Source: Candidatus Hodarchaeota archaeon (GTDB lineage Archaea > Asgardarchaeota > Heimdallarchaeia > Hodarchaeales > Hodarchaeaceae). Taken from it: a DNA stretch of 20,968 bases. The translations under genes were made by a program, and so were the position numbers. The stretch lies in the NCBI GenBank assembly GCA_029856365.1, contig JAHQWW010000067.1, positions 1-20,968 of the forward strand, in the 5' to 3' direction. Shown here in pieces: positions 7,131 through 16,186 of this stretch (the first letter of the stretch is position 1; each line of letters starts with the position of its first letter). Below the pieces are notes generated by a model. That model was not told the origin of the DNA, did no database searches, and was given only the letters and a program-made list of their open reading frames with translations.

Positions 7131-8846
7131 TTATTTTACTGGTACCAATTTTGTGATAATCTTACCACAGGAACCACATCGCTCTGGGATATTATGACGA
7201 TCTTTAACTTCAAAAGTGTTCTCACACTCACCACATTTCCAATTTGAGGGAATTAACAGCTCCTGTTCTAATCGGGTGAGAACAGTGGTAAATCGATTTA
7301 GTATTTGATCCATTTTTCCCGTTACATACCCTACCTCATTGGTTTTCTTTAATTCTTGAGGTGAATCTGGGTTTGTCAGGTGTTGTAGATCTTGTTTTAA
7401 GTTTCCAACCTGAATCTTGACCTCTCTTGAATCAGGGATAACTTCAACGACTCCTCTTGCATCTAACCACTCTAGAAGGAATAAAATTTTCTCAATAATA
7501 ATAGTTGCTTGGGAAACAGTTGCTTCCTTCGAGTTAAGATCAATTAGTTTTTGAATTTCTTCTGATAGTTCTCCTAGATAGGTTCCCAAATCTCCTTGTA
7601 GATTTAATTGCCCATATAATCTAAACAAGGTTAGATAATGTGAAAATTGTTTATCAGGATCCGCTTTTACAAGGACTGCACTTGTTATCTCACGAACATT
7701 TTCAGGTTCGCACTTTTGTGTATCTAGTGGTTCCCCAGTTGGTACTTTCCAACGTGAATGAACAACAATTTGTGTTCCTCGAGTATAATTTAAGTCAACA
7801 TACTCCCGATTTTTAGCTGATAAACATTCCCAGTAAGTATAATTTGATTTTTCTTCATTTAATACTAATTGTTCTAGTCCAGAATTACAGTATTTGCAAT
7901 AGGATAAGTCACTATCTTCTGAGCGGTTCATCTTACCACAAGCAAAACAATAAAAATATGTATAATCCGTTGTAAATTTGCCAAACGTTCCCGTTCCTGA
8001 AACTTGAGACTCATCTGCAGCACGACGCATTCGAGAGAAAAGAGAGTCTGAGTCATCAAGCATTGCAGTTAGTGAACCTCCAAGGCCTTCTGCTGCTTCT
8101 GTTCGCTCTTTTTCTTCTTTTTTCTTCTGTAAATAATTTTCTCTTTCCTCTGGACTCATTTTTTCAATCATTTTCAGTTCTTTCACACGATTCTGCAGTC
8201 TATTCCTGTCAGAAGGTGTTAGAGCTTCTAAAAAGTCTTGAGGAAGAGTTTGAATTTCTTCCATACCCATTTCCTCAAAATCAGTACGTAATTCTCCCAT
8301 TGATCCAGGAGGAACACCAACTTGGATAGGTAAAGTAGAATCAGGTGATAGGGGTGGGGGTGGAGCACCAGAGGCAAATTCTTTACCAGGTATAGGTGGT
8401 GGTCGTTGTGATGTTGAGGATACAATAGGTCTAGATACACGATTGATAGCTCCCATGACCCTCTCTTCAAGATTGTCTAAAAATCCTGCTGTTGTCAAAA
8501 ATTTCTCTTTTTGTTCCGCATGAATCTTCTGAATCTCAATTAACAAATGTTCTGATAAAGCGTCCAAGCGTGGGAATAATGATGAGAGAATATCAAACAT
8601 AATCCATTGTTGAATCTCTGAAAACTGACCATAAGGTTCTGATGAAAGCTTCCCCATTTGGGGGTATATTTCTATTGTTTCCATATTTCTCTTCGCCCAA
8701 GACCAAATTGTTGATTTGTTTTTCGCACTACCAAGGAGTGATTCGGCTATTTGGGCAAATGATTCATTATAAAGACGTCTTCTGATTATTTCCTCACGTT
8801 TCTGATTGGAATTCATCTGGAACCATGGAGCCTGAGGATTAGACAT
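7131..8846 (-). CDS. Multidomain protein: N-terminal HTH, coiled coil, proline-rich linker, charged helices, two CxxC...CxxC zinc ribbons
   Basis: HTH-like REEIIRRRLYNESFAQIAESLLGSAKNKSTIWSWAKR; PPPIPG, APPPPLSP, VPPG; E/K-rich helix; CFACG...CKYC (~aa 300-320); WKCGEC...RCGSCG at the C-terminus. Confidence 0.85.
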   Translation of the reverse strand: MSNPQAPWFQMNSNQKREEIIRRRLYNESFAQIAESLLGSAKNKSTIWSWAKRNMETIEIYPQMGKLSSEPYGQFSEIQQWIMFDILSSLFPRLDALSEHLLIEIQKIHAEQKEKFLTTAGFLDNLEERVMGAINRVSRPIVSSTSQRPPPIPGKEFASGAPPPPLSPDSTLPIQVGVPPGSMGELRTDFEEMGMEEIQTLPQDFLEALTPSDRNRLQNRVKELKMIEKMSPEERENYLQKKKEEKERTEAAEGLGGSLTAMLDDSDSLFSRMRRAADESQVSGTGTFGKFTTDYTYFYCFACGKMNRSEDSDLSYCKYCNSGLEQLVLNEEKSNYTYWECLSAKNREYVDLNYTRGTQIVVHSRWKVPTGEPLDTQKCEPENVREITSAVLVKADPDKQFSHYLTLFRLYGQLNLQGDLGTYLGELSEEIQKLIDLNSKEATVSQATIIIEKILFLLEWLDARGVVEVIPDSREVKIQVGNLKQDLQHLTNPDSPQELKKTNEVGYVTGKMDQILNRFTTVLTRLEQELLIPSNWKCGECENTFEVKDRHNIPERCGSCGKIITKLVPVK

Positions 8847-8915
8847 TATTATTCCACACTACAATCCTATAATTACAGTTAAATTCGATAAAATCTGAGA
8901 TAGAATTAACTATAA

Positions 8916-8953
8916 CATATGAACGTTCATATGAACTTTCAAGTTTGTTCATA
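8916..8953. promoter_or_regulatory. Nested palindromic array of four TATGAAC half-sites; putative operator or protein-binding site
   Basis: CATATGAACGTTCATATG (8916-8933) is a perfect 18-bp palindrome and overlaps the palindrome GTTCATATGAAC (8925-8936). TATGAAC at 8930-8936 also pairs with GTTCATA at 8947-8953. The array lies 70-107 bp upstream of the HTH gene start. Confidence 0.65.
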
Positions 8954-9306
8954 ATCATTCCAATAAAAAGATTACGGAATTACCCTCAAGAAGAATCTAG
9001 ATAAAACTTTTCTGAAGGGTTTATTTTTCGATATCACTACCAGCCAAATAAATAATATCATTCCTCAAATAAGTGTAGTCAATTTTCATCAAAAACATTC
9101 CAAAAGAACTCCTACTCTTTTAATGGCTAATTTTTTTTATGTTATATCTTAGAAATGGAATCCCAGTAGCTAACCTAAGCATTCGCTTCTCCTTTGATGG
9201 TGATTCTACTAGTGAGGAGGTTAATATTGCTGACTTTCAGGTTCCTATTTGTGGTTATCTTGATGAATGATTTTATTACAGTGGCTATGAAACCCAAATA
9301 AGAAAA

Positions 9307-9762
9307 TCAATCTTTAATTTTAAACTTGAGATTTATCATATCCCCTCTGTTGAACCCCATAGCATCGAAGAATCTGAGTAAATCCCAATCTCGCCAATTT
9401 ACATATGTATAGACAGTATCAACACCTACTTTTTTCATGTAGTTTAGCAGTTCTTTAATAAGAAGTCTCCCAATACCTTTCTTTTGGTAATTAGGATCTA
9501 CTCCAATTGTATCAATCCACCCAACGTTCTCTGGTACTCCATATTCCCAACCACTTGCTTCACCAAAAATGAAACCGACAATTATACCTTCCATTTCCGC
9601 AACAAGTGAGAGAAGGGGCGATTTCGTGATTGTTTTAAGTTTTGTTTCCCAATAGTCTGATCGTCTCTCTCCAAGAACCTTGTTGTCGATTTCAATGATT
9701 CTCTCGAGATCTTGTTCCTTTATTATCCTTACAATCGGTTCTTTAGTTGATTTATCGTGCAT
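9307..9762 (-). CDS. GNAT family N-acetyltransferase
   Basis: Acetyl-CoA binding motif A IGVDPNYQKKGIGRLLI, VGFIFG strand, FFDAMGF motif B; purine-rich SD (GAAGGAG) upstream. Confidence 0.92.
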   Translation of the reverse strand: MHDKSTKEPIVRIIKEQDLERIIEIDNKVLGERRSDYWETKLKTITKSPLLSLVAEMEGIIVGFIFGEASGWEYGVPENVGWIDTIGVDPNYQKKGIGRLLIKELLNYMKKVGVDTVYTYVNWRDWDLLRFFDAMGFNRGDMINLKFKIKD

Positions 9763-10226
9763 TTCTATCTCCTTCTTACAGGTAAATGATTTCCTACATC
9801 TTTCCTTAGATGATTCAGGAATTATTTATACTTTTTAACTTATTTAATTGTTTTTTAGACCAATCAATAATTTTAAAAGGATGTTGAGTACGGCATCTCA
9901 CAGATTTTATGCAAAAAGTTATTCACAGCGAGTATATATTCAAAAAAAATCGACAGGTTTTTACTACTTGGCGCTTTAAGTAACACTAGCGTTATAATTA
10001 TTACTGAAGTATGATTGATTTGTTGATAAATTTAATTTTTATATGTCCTCATTTTATGTAAAAATATTCCTATGATAATCTTAAATTTTAAATCTTTTCT
10101 CAATTTTGGTAGAAATAGAAGAGCCGTAAGAAGATTGTTATAGTCGAGTTCTGCATTAAACAACCAAACTCACTCCTTTAGACATTTATTCTGTACTAAA
10201 ATAATGATTACGGATCTTGGCTACGA

Positions 10227-10976
10227 ATGTTTGGAATAAATATCATTACAAAAACTGGTATACTCGTCTTTTCTCATTCCTTTTCAGGTGATTTTCTCTC
10301 GGAAATAGATACAGATATTGACATTCAAGCTGGTCTTATCTCGGCAGTATTAAATGCTTTAAAAGAAACACGAGGAGAATCTGTTACTGTTATCCGATAT
10401 AGAGAATATCGACTTTTGTTATATGAGGGCGTCTTGACTTATGGGATTTTATTTGGTTTTGAGGGTCATAATCCAGAACTTCAGGATTTCCTTCGAAGTA
10501 TTGTTTTAAAGTTCGAGCTCATGTTTACTTATGAATTATACAAAAAAACCGTTGTTAATCGGACTGATTTTGAATCATTTCGTGACACTGTCAAGAATCA
10601 GTACACTGCCATGATTGCAATTGATGTCTCCAGTTTAGATAGACTCATCAATATTATGAGAGAATCGAGTATAGAAAACTACATCATTTATGAAACTAAA
10701 CTATTACTTCCTGTCTTTACAAAAATTGTCATTCCAAAAATAAATTCTCATTTACCGCAAGTCACACGCATTTATCGGGAAATATTAAATCTAGAAAATA
10801 AAATCAATCAAGAACATACAACTAGTATAATTAATTTCAAGGGTATACAATTGAATGCCATAAAAATCCCAACCCATTGTGTGGTCCTTTTCTACACTCC
10901 TAAACAAATGGAAAGAAATGTTTTTAAAAAAGAAATCAATCAAATTCAAAGGAAAATTAGGGAAGATATGGACTAG
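10227..10976 (+). CDS. Longin-like domain protein with a second roadblock/longin-like C-terminal domain
   Basis: N-terminal pattern IITKTGILVFSHSF...IQAGLISAVLNALKET.G..V..I.Y....L.LYEG.LTYGILF...ELQDFLRSIVLKFELMF is typical of Asgard longin domains. The C-terminal half (YIIYETK..LPVF...TSIINFKGIQLNAIKIPTHCVVLFY + helix) repeats a similar beta-beta-alpha-beta-beta-beta-alpha layout. Confidence 0.72.
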   Translation: MFGINIITKTGILVFSHSFSGDFLSEIDTDIDIQAGLISAVLNALKETRGESVTVIRYREYRLLLYEGVLTYGILFGFEGHNPELQDFLRSIVLKFELMFTYELYKKTVVNRTDFESFRDTVKNQYTAMIAIDVSSLDRLINIMRESSIENYIIYETKLLLPVFTKIVIPKINSHLPQVTRIYREILNLENKINQEHTTSIINFKGIQLNAIKIPTHCVVLFYTPKQMERNVFKKEINQIQRKIREDMD

Positions 10977-11257
10977 ATTGTGAAATCCCAATATCTCGTA
11001 TTAAATCACTTGAGATTCTCAAGGTTGTAGTCTTTGGTGTTATTTTGATATATTTTAAATTATCTTTCTCATGAAAATAAGCTTTTAACTTTCACATGGC
11101 TCACATTCTTTGGTTGAATATCTTCAGAACATACCACAGGAACTTATTAGCTCTATCTGGATAACTCTTGAACAACTAAAATACTCAGGATAGCATTCAA
11201 ATCCTCAATTATCTTAAGTATCCCTTAATCACTAACAAAGTTGGAACCCGATAAAAA

Positions 11258-12034
11258 TTGGAGTTTAATTTATCTGGAAAACAATTGAAGGAATTCCCGA
11301 AAATTAACCAGTGTGATGAACTAAAGCAACTGATATTGAGCAATAATGAATTAGTGTCAATACCTGATACTATAAGTGAATTTTCAAACTTAAAAACATT
11401 AAAATTGGATACCAACCGTTTAATATCAGTACCAGAGAGCTTAGGATCCTTGAATCATCTTGAAACACTTGTTTTAAGTTTTAATTATATATCTTCACTT
11501 CCTAAGACACTTGGAAATTTAGCAAATTTGAGATTTTTAGAGTTAGAACATAACAAATTAAAAACACTCCCCTTCTTGGTAAAATTCACGAAATTAGTGG
11601 AATTAAATATCTCTGATAATCTAATAACAGTCTTACCAAAACACATTGGTAATCTCTTTATTCTAGAAAAGCTCAGTTTAAGAGACAACCAGGTGAAAAT
11701 TCTACCAAATTCTATTGGTTCACTCAAGAACCTCTGGTTTCTTGATCTATATCATAATCAATTAGTTTCATTACCAGATTCGTTAGGAAACCTCAAATCA
11801 CTACGCGTTCTACTTTTAAAGTCTAATAATTTAATTTCTCTTCCCAATACCATTGGAAATCTTACAAATCTTCAAGAGCTTATCGTACGTGATAATCGAA
11901 TAAATTCTCTACCATTAGAGCTTCTAAATCTTGTTAATCTCCAGTATTTAGATGTTGAATTTAATCAACTTGATGTAAAATCTGAGAAGATTCTTGAAAA
12001 ATTATGGGAGAAGGGAGTTAAAATTCATACTTAG
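11258..12034 (+). CDS. Leucine-rich repeat protein (~10 repeats of ~23 aa)
   Basis: Repeating LxxLxLxxNxLxxLPxxIGxLxx consensus, e.g. LWFLDLYHNQLVSLPDSLGNLKS; TTG start. Confidence 0.93.
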   Translation: MEFNLSGKQLKEFPKINQCDELKQLILSNNELVSIPDTISEFSNLKTLKLDTNRLISVPESLGSLNHLETLVLSFNYISSLPKTLGNLANLRFLELEHNKLKTLPFLVKFTKLVELNISDNLITVLPKHIGNLFILEKLSLRDNQVKILPNSIGSLKNLWFLDLYHNQLVSLPDSLGNLKSLRVLLLKSNNLISLPNTIGNLTNLQELIVRDNRINSLPLELLNLVNLQYLDVEFNQLDVKSEKILEKLWEKGVKIHT

Positions 12035-12085
12035 GAGAGGAATCCGTGAAAAGTGCTAGATAGAAGTAACTTATGTTGGAAAATT

Positions 12086-12241
12086 ATGAAGCGGAAAAAG
12101 AAAGCTAGGTCTCAGAAGATTGCTTTAGAATTATATAATGAAGTTCGAATCAAAAACCAACGGAAGTGTTGGCCATTTGGTATTAGTAAGACCCAAGGTT
12201 ATTTCTGTTAGCGTTTTGGTAAGAAATATTCTAATAAATAA
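12086..12241 (+). pseudogene. Possible remnant of a small basic Cys/Trp-containing protein with an in-frame TAG
   Basis: MKRKKKARSQKIALELYNEVRIKNQRKCWPFGISKTQGYFC*RFGKKYSNK*, with TAG at 12209-12211. Confidence 0.3.
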
Positions 12242-12424
12242 TCTATTTAGTGTTGAAAAAATCTTATTTTATCTCACCCTTTTCAAATATAAGGAATGAA
12301 ATGATCTTGAATGAAGTTTTTGAGCGTGTTCTCAAATATAATGAGTTTATGACAGTAAATGAACTGCAAATATGAAGAATTAAAATCTTTTAAGAACATC
12401 CCTCCTTTGTCAATTTAATAGAGC

Positions 12425-12862
12425 TTAAATAACTAATTGAATAAGCTCCAAAATTACTCCTAAAGTTTCTTCAGTGTCCAGATAAGCGAATTTAACCATA
12501 TCATGAACCATACCCCTTTCCAACACTTTGATTCCCCCCTTCTCCAGTTTTATTAACTCTTTTTCCAAATCCACGACTATATGCCCTAAATGGTGAACTC
12601 CCTCACCCCTTTCTTCGAGAAATTTAGAATGAATAGTCTTTCCCTCAAGAACCTGAATTAATTCTAGCTGCACATCCCCTAATTGGAATAATCCAATCTT
12701 CAGTTTAGCAGTATTTATCGCTGATTCCAAAGTTAGAAAGGGTTCTAGTCCGAATGACCTGTAGAACTTCATGGTTGCTTCCATATCCCTTACAACAATT
12801 CCAATTTGATCGATTTGGGAGAACTGAGAGAAAAGTGATATTATTTCATTATTACCAACCAT
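12425..12862 (-). CDS. VOC/glyoxalase-family protein, methylmalonyl-CoA epimerase-like
   Basis: IDQIGIVVRD, QLELIQ, FLEERGEGVHHLG, FAYLDT...GVILELIQ; SD GGAGGT at 12874-12869. Confidence 0.88.
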   Translation of the reverse strand: MVGNNEIISLFSQFSQIDQIGIVVRDMEATMKFYRSFGLEPFLTLESAINTAKLKIGLFQLGDVQLELIQVLEGKTIHSKFLEERGEGVHHLGHIVVDLEKELIKLEKGGIKVLERGMVHDMVKFAYLDTEETLGVILELIQLVI

Positions 12863-13454
12863 TATGAAACCTCCACGCCAAACATATTTGATTACTAAAT
12901 AAAATTTTCCCCTGATCTTTTTCTCAGTTAAGAAATAACTCGTGAAGGAGGATAGAAGACTCGTACATACAGTGATTATATATAACTAATTAAAATGATT
13001 TTTCAGGAGAACTGAACATAAATAATGACATTTTACTCTATATTGGTATTGTGTACATTATTCCCACAGGATTATCTCAATTAATTGATAAGGGATCTCG
13101 TTTCAATATTGATGATCTCCAAGATATCGACAATATCAATTTGTACCTTTTCTGTCCTTATGATAAATTAATTGAAGAAATACAGAAAGAACTAGCAATA
13201 TTAAGAAGATAAACCTTCATTATATTTTGAAAAAAGAATTTTTTCATTTTAATTCTTTTAATATCAAAGAAAGAGTGCATTGGGGGGACTTTTGAAGGAA
13301 TAAGTTAAGATTAAAGGAGAATTGCACATTAGGTCAATTTATCCCTAACTAGGCTAGGAAATTATCTTAATATTCAATAAAGCTGCTGATTATCCTTTTT
13401 TAGTTGCTTATTATCTCTACCAATTGAAGGTAAAATTATTGAAGTGATTACTAA

Positions 13455-13853
13455 ATGTTGATTAGGAATTTTCAACTTCATGACATTGAAGAAGTCGTTG
13501 AGATCTTGAAACTTAATAATCAATATGATATGCCCGAGGTTGACGGACCAGAAGCAATGATGAGAATCAAATTATGTGACGCAGCAGTCTTTCTTGTGTG
13601 TGAAATTGAGGGGGAAATTAAAGGAGTGATCAGGGGAGTATATGATGGATCAAGAGCAATGATCCATCAACTTTCAGTTCATCCAATGTATCAAAGACAA
13701 GGGGTTGGAACAGCCCTAGTTACGGAAATTGTCAACATCTTCACACAGTTGGGAGCACCAACGACTTCAGCAACAGTTATGGAAGACAGTATTCCTTTCT
13801 GGCAGCAGGTGGGATTTCGAAAGACTAAGGCAATTGTTGTAGGTAATTGGTAA
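13455..13853 (+). CDS. GNAT family N-acetyltransferase (YpeA-like)
   Basis: YDGSRAMIHQLSVHPMYQRQGVGTALV, FWQQVGF. Confidence 0.88.
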   Translation: MLIRNFQLHDIEEVVEILKLNNQYDMPEVDGPEAMMRIKLCDAAVFLVCEIEGEIKGVIRGVYDGSRAMIHQLSVHPMYQRQGVGTALVTEIVNIFTQLGAPTTSATVMEDSIPFWQQVGFRKTKAIVVGNW

Positions 13854-13856
13854 GGG

Positions 13857-15116
13857 TCAGTAGAAAGAAATTTCGAAGAATGATTGAAGGTCTCTGATCA
13901 GTGAGTAAGCAAGCTTTACTGCCTCCTGAGTCTCGTTACAAGATAATAAGATGCAGATTTCCCCTTGAATCTCTGACTCAACCTTGATAAATGCTGTCCC
14001 TAATGAAATTAATCGATCCGCTATCTCACTTCGCAATTTAATCCGCTTGATGATACTTTCATCCCCAGTCAAGGTGATTTTATGCCAAGGATCTTCCCAT
14101 GATGGCTGTCCTGGTTCCCCATTAATTTTCAGTTCAAGATTTACAATTGGCAGGTTCTGACGTTTCAAACAGCCACTCATTATTATTTGACTCTGATCAA
14201 AATCTACCTTGATTTCCTTAAGAGATCCTGAATAGGGAATGATGCGTACAAAAGGCCCAGTATCGCCCTGATCAAAGAGTAACTCTTGAACTTGATATTG
14301 AATGGATGAAAATAATGATTGTATTTCCTCACTCACTAGTTCTGAAGGTGCTGTTATATCAATTGCATCCTCAAACGATTTGATTTCCGCTGCAATACTT
14401 GGTTCAATAGATTCTTGTGAAGTTTCTGATAATAAGTGGTTGGAAGGAATGGTTAGCTCTTGATCTTTCAATTTGTATTCTATTTCTGATTTCATTTGAT
14501 TCAATTTAATGTTTTTCGATACCTCCACAGGTTTGGGAATATAAGAGGGTATTTCCTTCTGTTGAATTTCGTATGGGTTATAATCCCTCTCACAAGTTTT
14601 TGAGCAGAAATTTAGATATGGTGATCCTTTTGTAAGTATCTTCCCACATGTCCAACAGTGTTGTACTCCTCCATCATACTGTTTCTTAGTAAGATTATTG
14701 GGGAATTTCTCCTCTGTAAACTTGGATGTGATATGGGTTTCAGAGTCCAATCCTAATCTGTCATCTGGAATCTTAACAGTTGTTTGTAAATACTCATTCA
14801 AACTCTTCAACTGAGTATAAAACAGTTCATTTGAAATATTTCTCTCGAAAAATCTCTTTTTTTGGTTTGAATACCAAGCCTTCTTATTCTCCCACATCTC
14901 CTTATTACTTATTGGTTGTAAGGTCTGATCAGTAAAAATTCTATCGAATCTTTGTACGGCACGTTCCAATGATGGTCGTTCTTTGGTAAATTTAATATCA
15001 ATTAGTTTTTGTGAATTTAGTCGTACAAATGTATCTTGTTGTAGTTTTTGGCCACATCTCGAACAGAATTTTGCAGTTGCTTTTATTATCGCATTACAAG
15101 ATGGACATGTTTTCAT
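13857..15116 (-). CDS. Zinc-ribbon domain protein with an additional internal treble-clef (TRASH/FCS-like) zinc finger
   Basis: N-terminal CPSC...KFCSRCG; internal CWTCGK...FCSKTC; acidic low-complexity linker; C-terminal alpha/beta domain; SD AGGAG upstream. Confidence 0.85.
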   Translation of the reverse strand: MKTCPSCNAIIKATAKFCSRCGQKLQQDTFVRLNSQKLIDIKFTKERPSLERAVQRFDRIFTDQTLQPISNKEMWENKKAWYSNQKKRFFERNISNELFYTQLKSLNEYLQTTVKIPDDRLGLDSETHITSKFTEEKFPNNLTKKQYDGGVQHCWTCGKILTKGSPYLNFCSKTCERDYNPYEIQQKEIPSYIPKPVEVSKNIKLNQMKSEIEYKLKDQELTIPSNHLLSETSQESIEPSIAAEIKSFEDAIDITAPSELVSEEIQSLFSSIQYQVQELLFDQGDTGPFVRIIPYSGSLKEIKVDFDQSQIIMSGCLKRQNLPIVNLELKINGEPGQPSWEDPWHKITLTGDESIIKRIKLRSEIADRLISLGTAFIKVESEIQGEICILLSCNETQEAVKLAYSLIRDLQSFFEISFY

Positions 15117-15481
15117 TTCTCTACTCCTTAAAGTTTGGTAAAGTAATGATAGGGGAACTTCTTTTAAAAAGGTAGTTTAGCTCCACCACCATTATACCCT
15201 TTCTTTTCTATTCATTTTCAAAAATCGTTCAATTCTATAAATAATGGCCTATCCTACCTTGAATTTTTTCTATGCTTTCAATATTTGACCATTCGTAATA
15301 AAAGTTAGAAATAACAATAATATCATATAGAATAAAATGAAAATGGCTAGACTCCTAATAATACTTGGTGTAACTCGTTTTCTCTTATCTACGATCTTTC
15401 CAGTCATTTTCATATCTCTATGAAAAATTAAAACTTATACAAGAATAACCCATTTGTTGTCACAAATAAAGTATCATGGGT

Positions 15482-16186
15482 TTACTTTTTCTTTTTACTC
15501 TTTTTTTTATCTGTTATTTCAACTGATTTTTTTTCTAATAATCCTTCCTTTTCAAACATACGCTCAATACTGCTCATCCGGTCATCGAGCCGCTTTTGAA
15601 TGACATGGGAAAATCCCTCTAACTCTTGAGCCCCCATCATGCCTAGTTCGCGTGAATACTCGTAATTTAATTTGTCATAATCGAGTTGCCGTCGAGTCAT
15701 ATATTTTTCAAGAATTTCCTGCATGGACCCCTCTTTTCCGATGAATCCTCGGAGTAAACCCATCAATCCTAAACGGTCTAATGTGTCGGCGTCATATACT
15801 ACCTTTTCTTCTGGAGTCTCAGGAGGGATACCTGATGTAGGAGTATGCCTCACTACCACACGACAAATTTTTTCATTTGTAGAATTCTCTATTTCTAACC
15901 CCTCTAAGAATTCTTCGGCGATACTTCCTCCGAATAATCCATGAAAACCTGCAAAATCATTTGTCGTCTTACCAATATCATGGAGGAGAGATCCTGCAAT
16001 TACGATAAATGGGTCTACTGGATCGTCGATATTCTTACTAATTTGGATTGCAGTCCGTGTTACCATAAAAACATGTGAATAATCGTGCGAATCACTTTTT
16101 GCATGGCAACGTTTCACGAATTCCTGAATTCTCAATAATATTTGCTGTTCTTTCTGCGTTAATGCTCTGGTAAACAAGTATTTCAC
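15482..16186 (-). CDS. HD-domain metal-dependent phosphohydrolase
   Basis: SHDYSHV, LLHDIGK, FHG, RH, VVYDADTLDRLG motifs; GTG start; Lys-rich tail. Confidence 0.92.
   Translation of the reverse strand: MKYLFTRALTQKEQQILLRIQEFVKRCHAKSDSHDYSHVFMVTRTAIQISKNIDDPVDPFIVIAGSLLHDIGKTTNDFAGFHGLFGGSIAEEFLEGLEIENSTNEKICRVVVRHTPTSGIPPETPEEKVVYDADTLDRLGLMGLLRGFIGKEGSMQEILEKYMTRRQLDYDKLNYEYSRELGMMGAQELEGFSHVIQKRLDDRMSSIERMFEKEGLLEKKSVEITDKKKSKKKK

Noticed and set aside
8190-8250. LPQDFLEALTPSDR as a ubiquitin-binding motif (UBM)
   Set aside because: It resembles FLxALPxxxR but lacks the essential adjacent Leu-Pro pair. It is more simply a helix-capping motif, repeated nearby as MSPEER.
8063-8470. ORFs 8063..8329 (+) and 8228..8470 (-)
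   Set aside because: Antisense or alternative-frame shadows inside the 571-aa gene.
8680-8810. N-terminal HTH of the 571-aa protein as an IS30/IS3 transposase
   Set aside because: No DDE catalytic domain follows and I saw no terminal inverted repeats flanking the gene.
10791-11727. Short minus-strand ORFs at 10791, 11209 and 11485
   Set aside because: Antisense to the longin-like and LRR genes.
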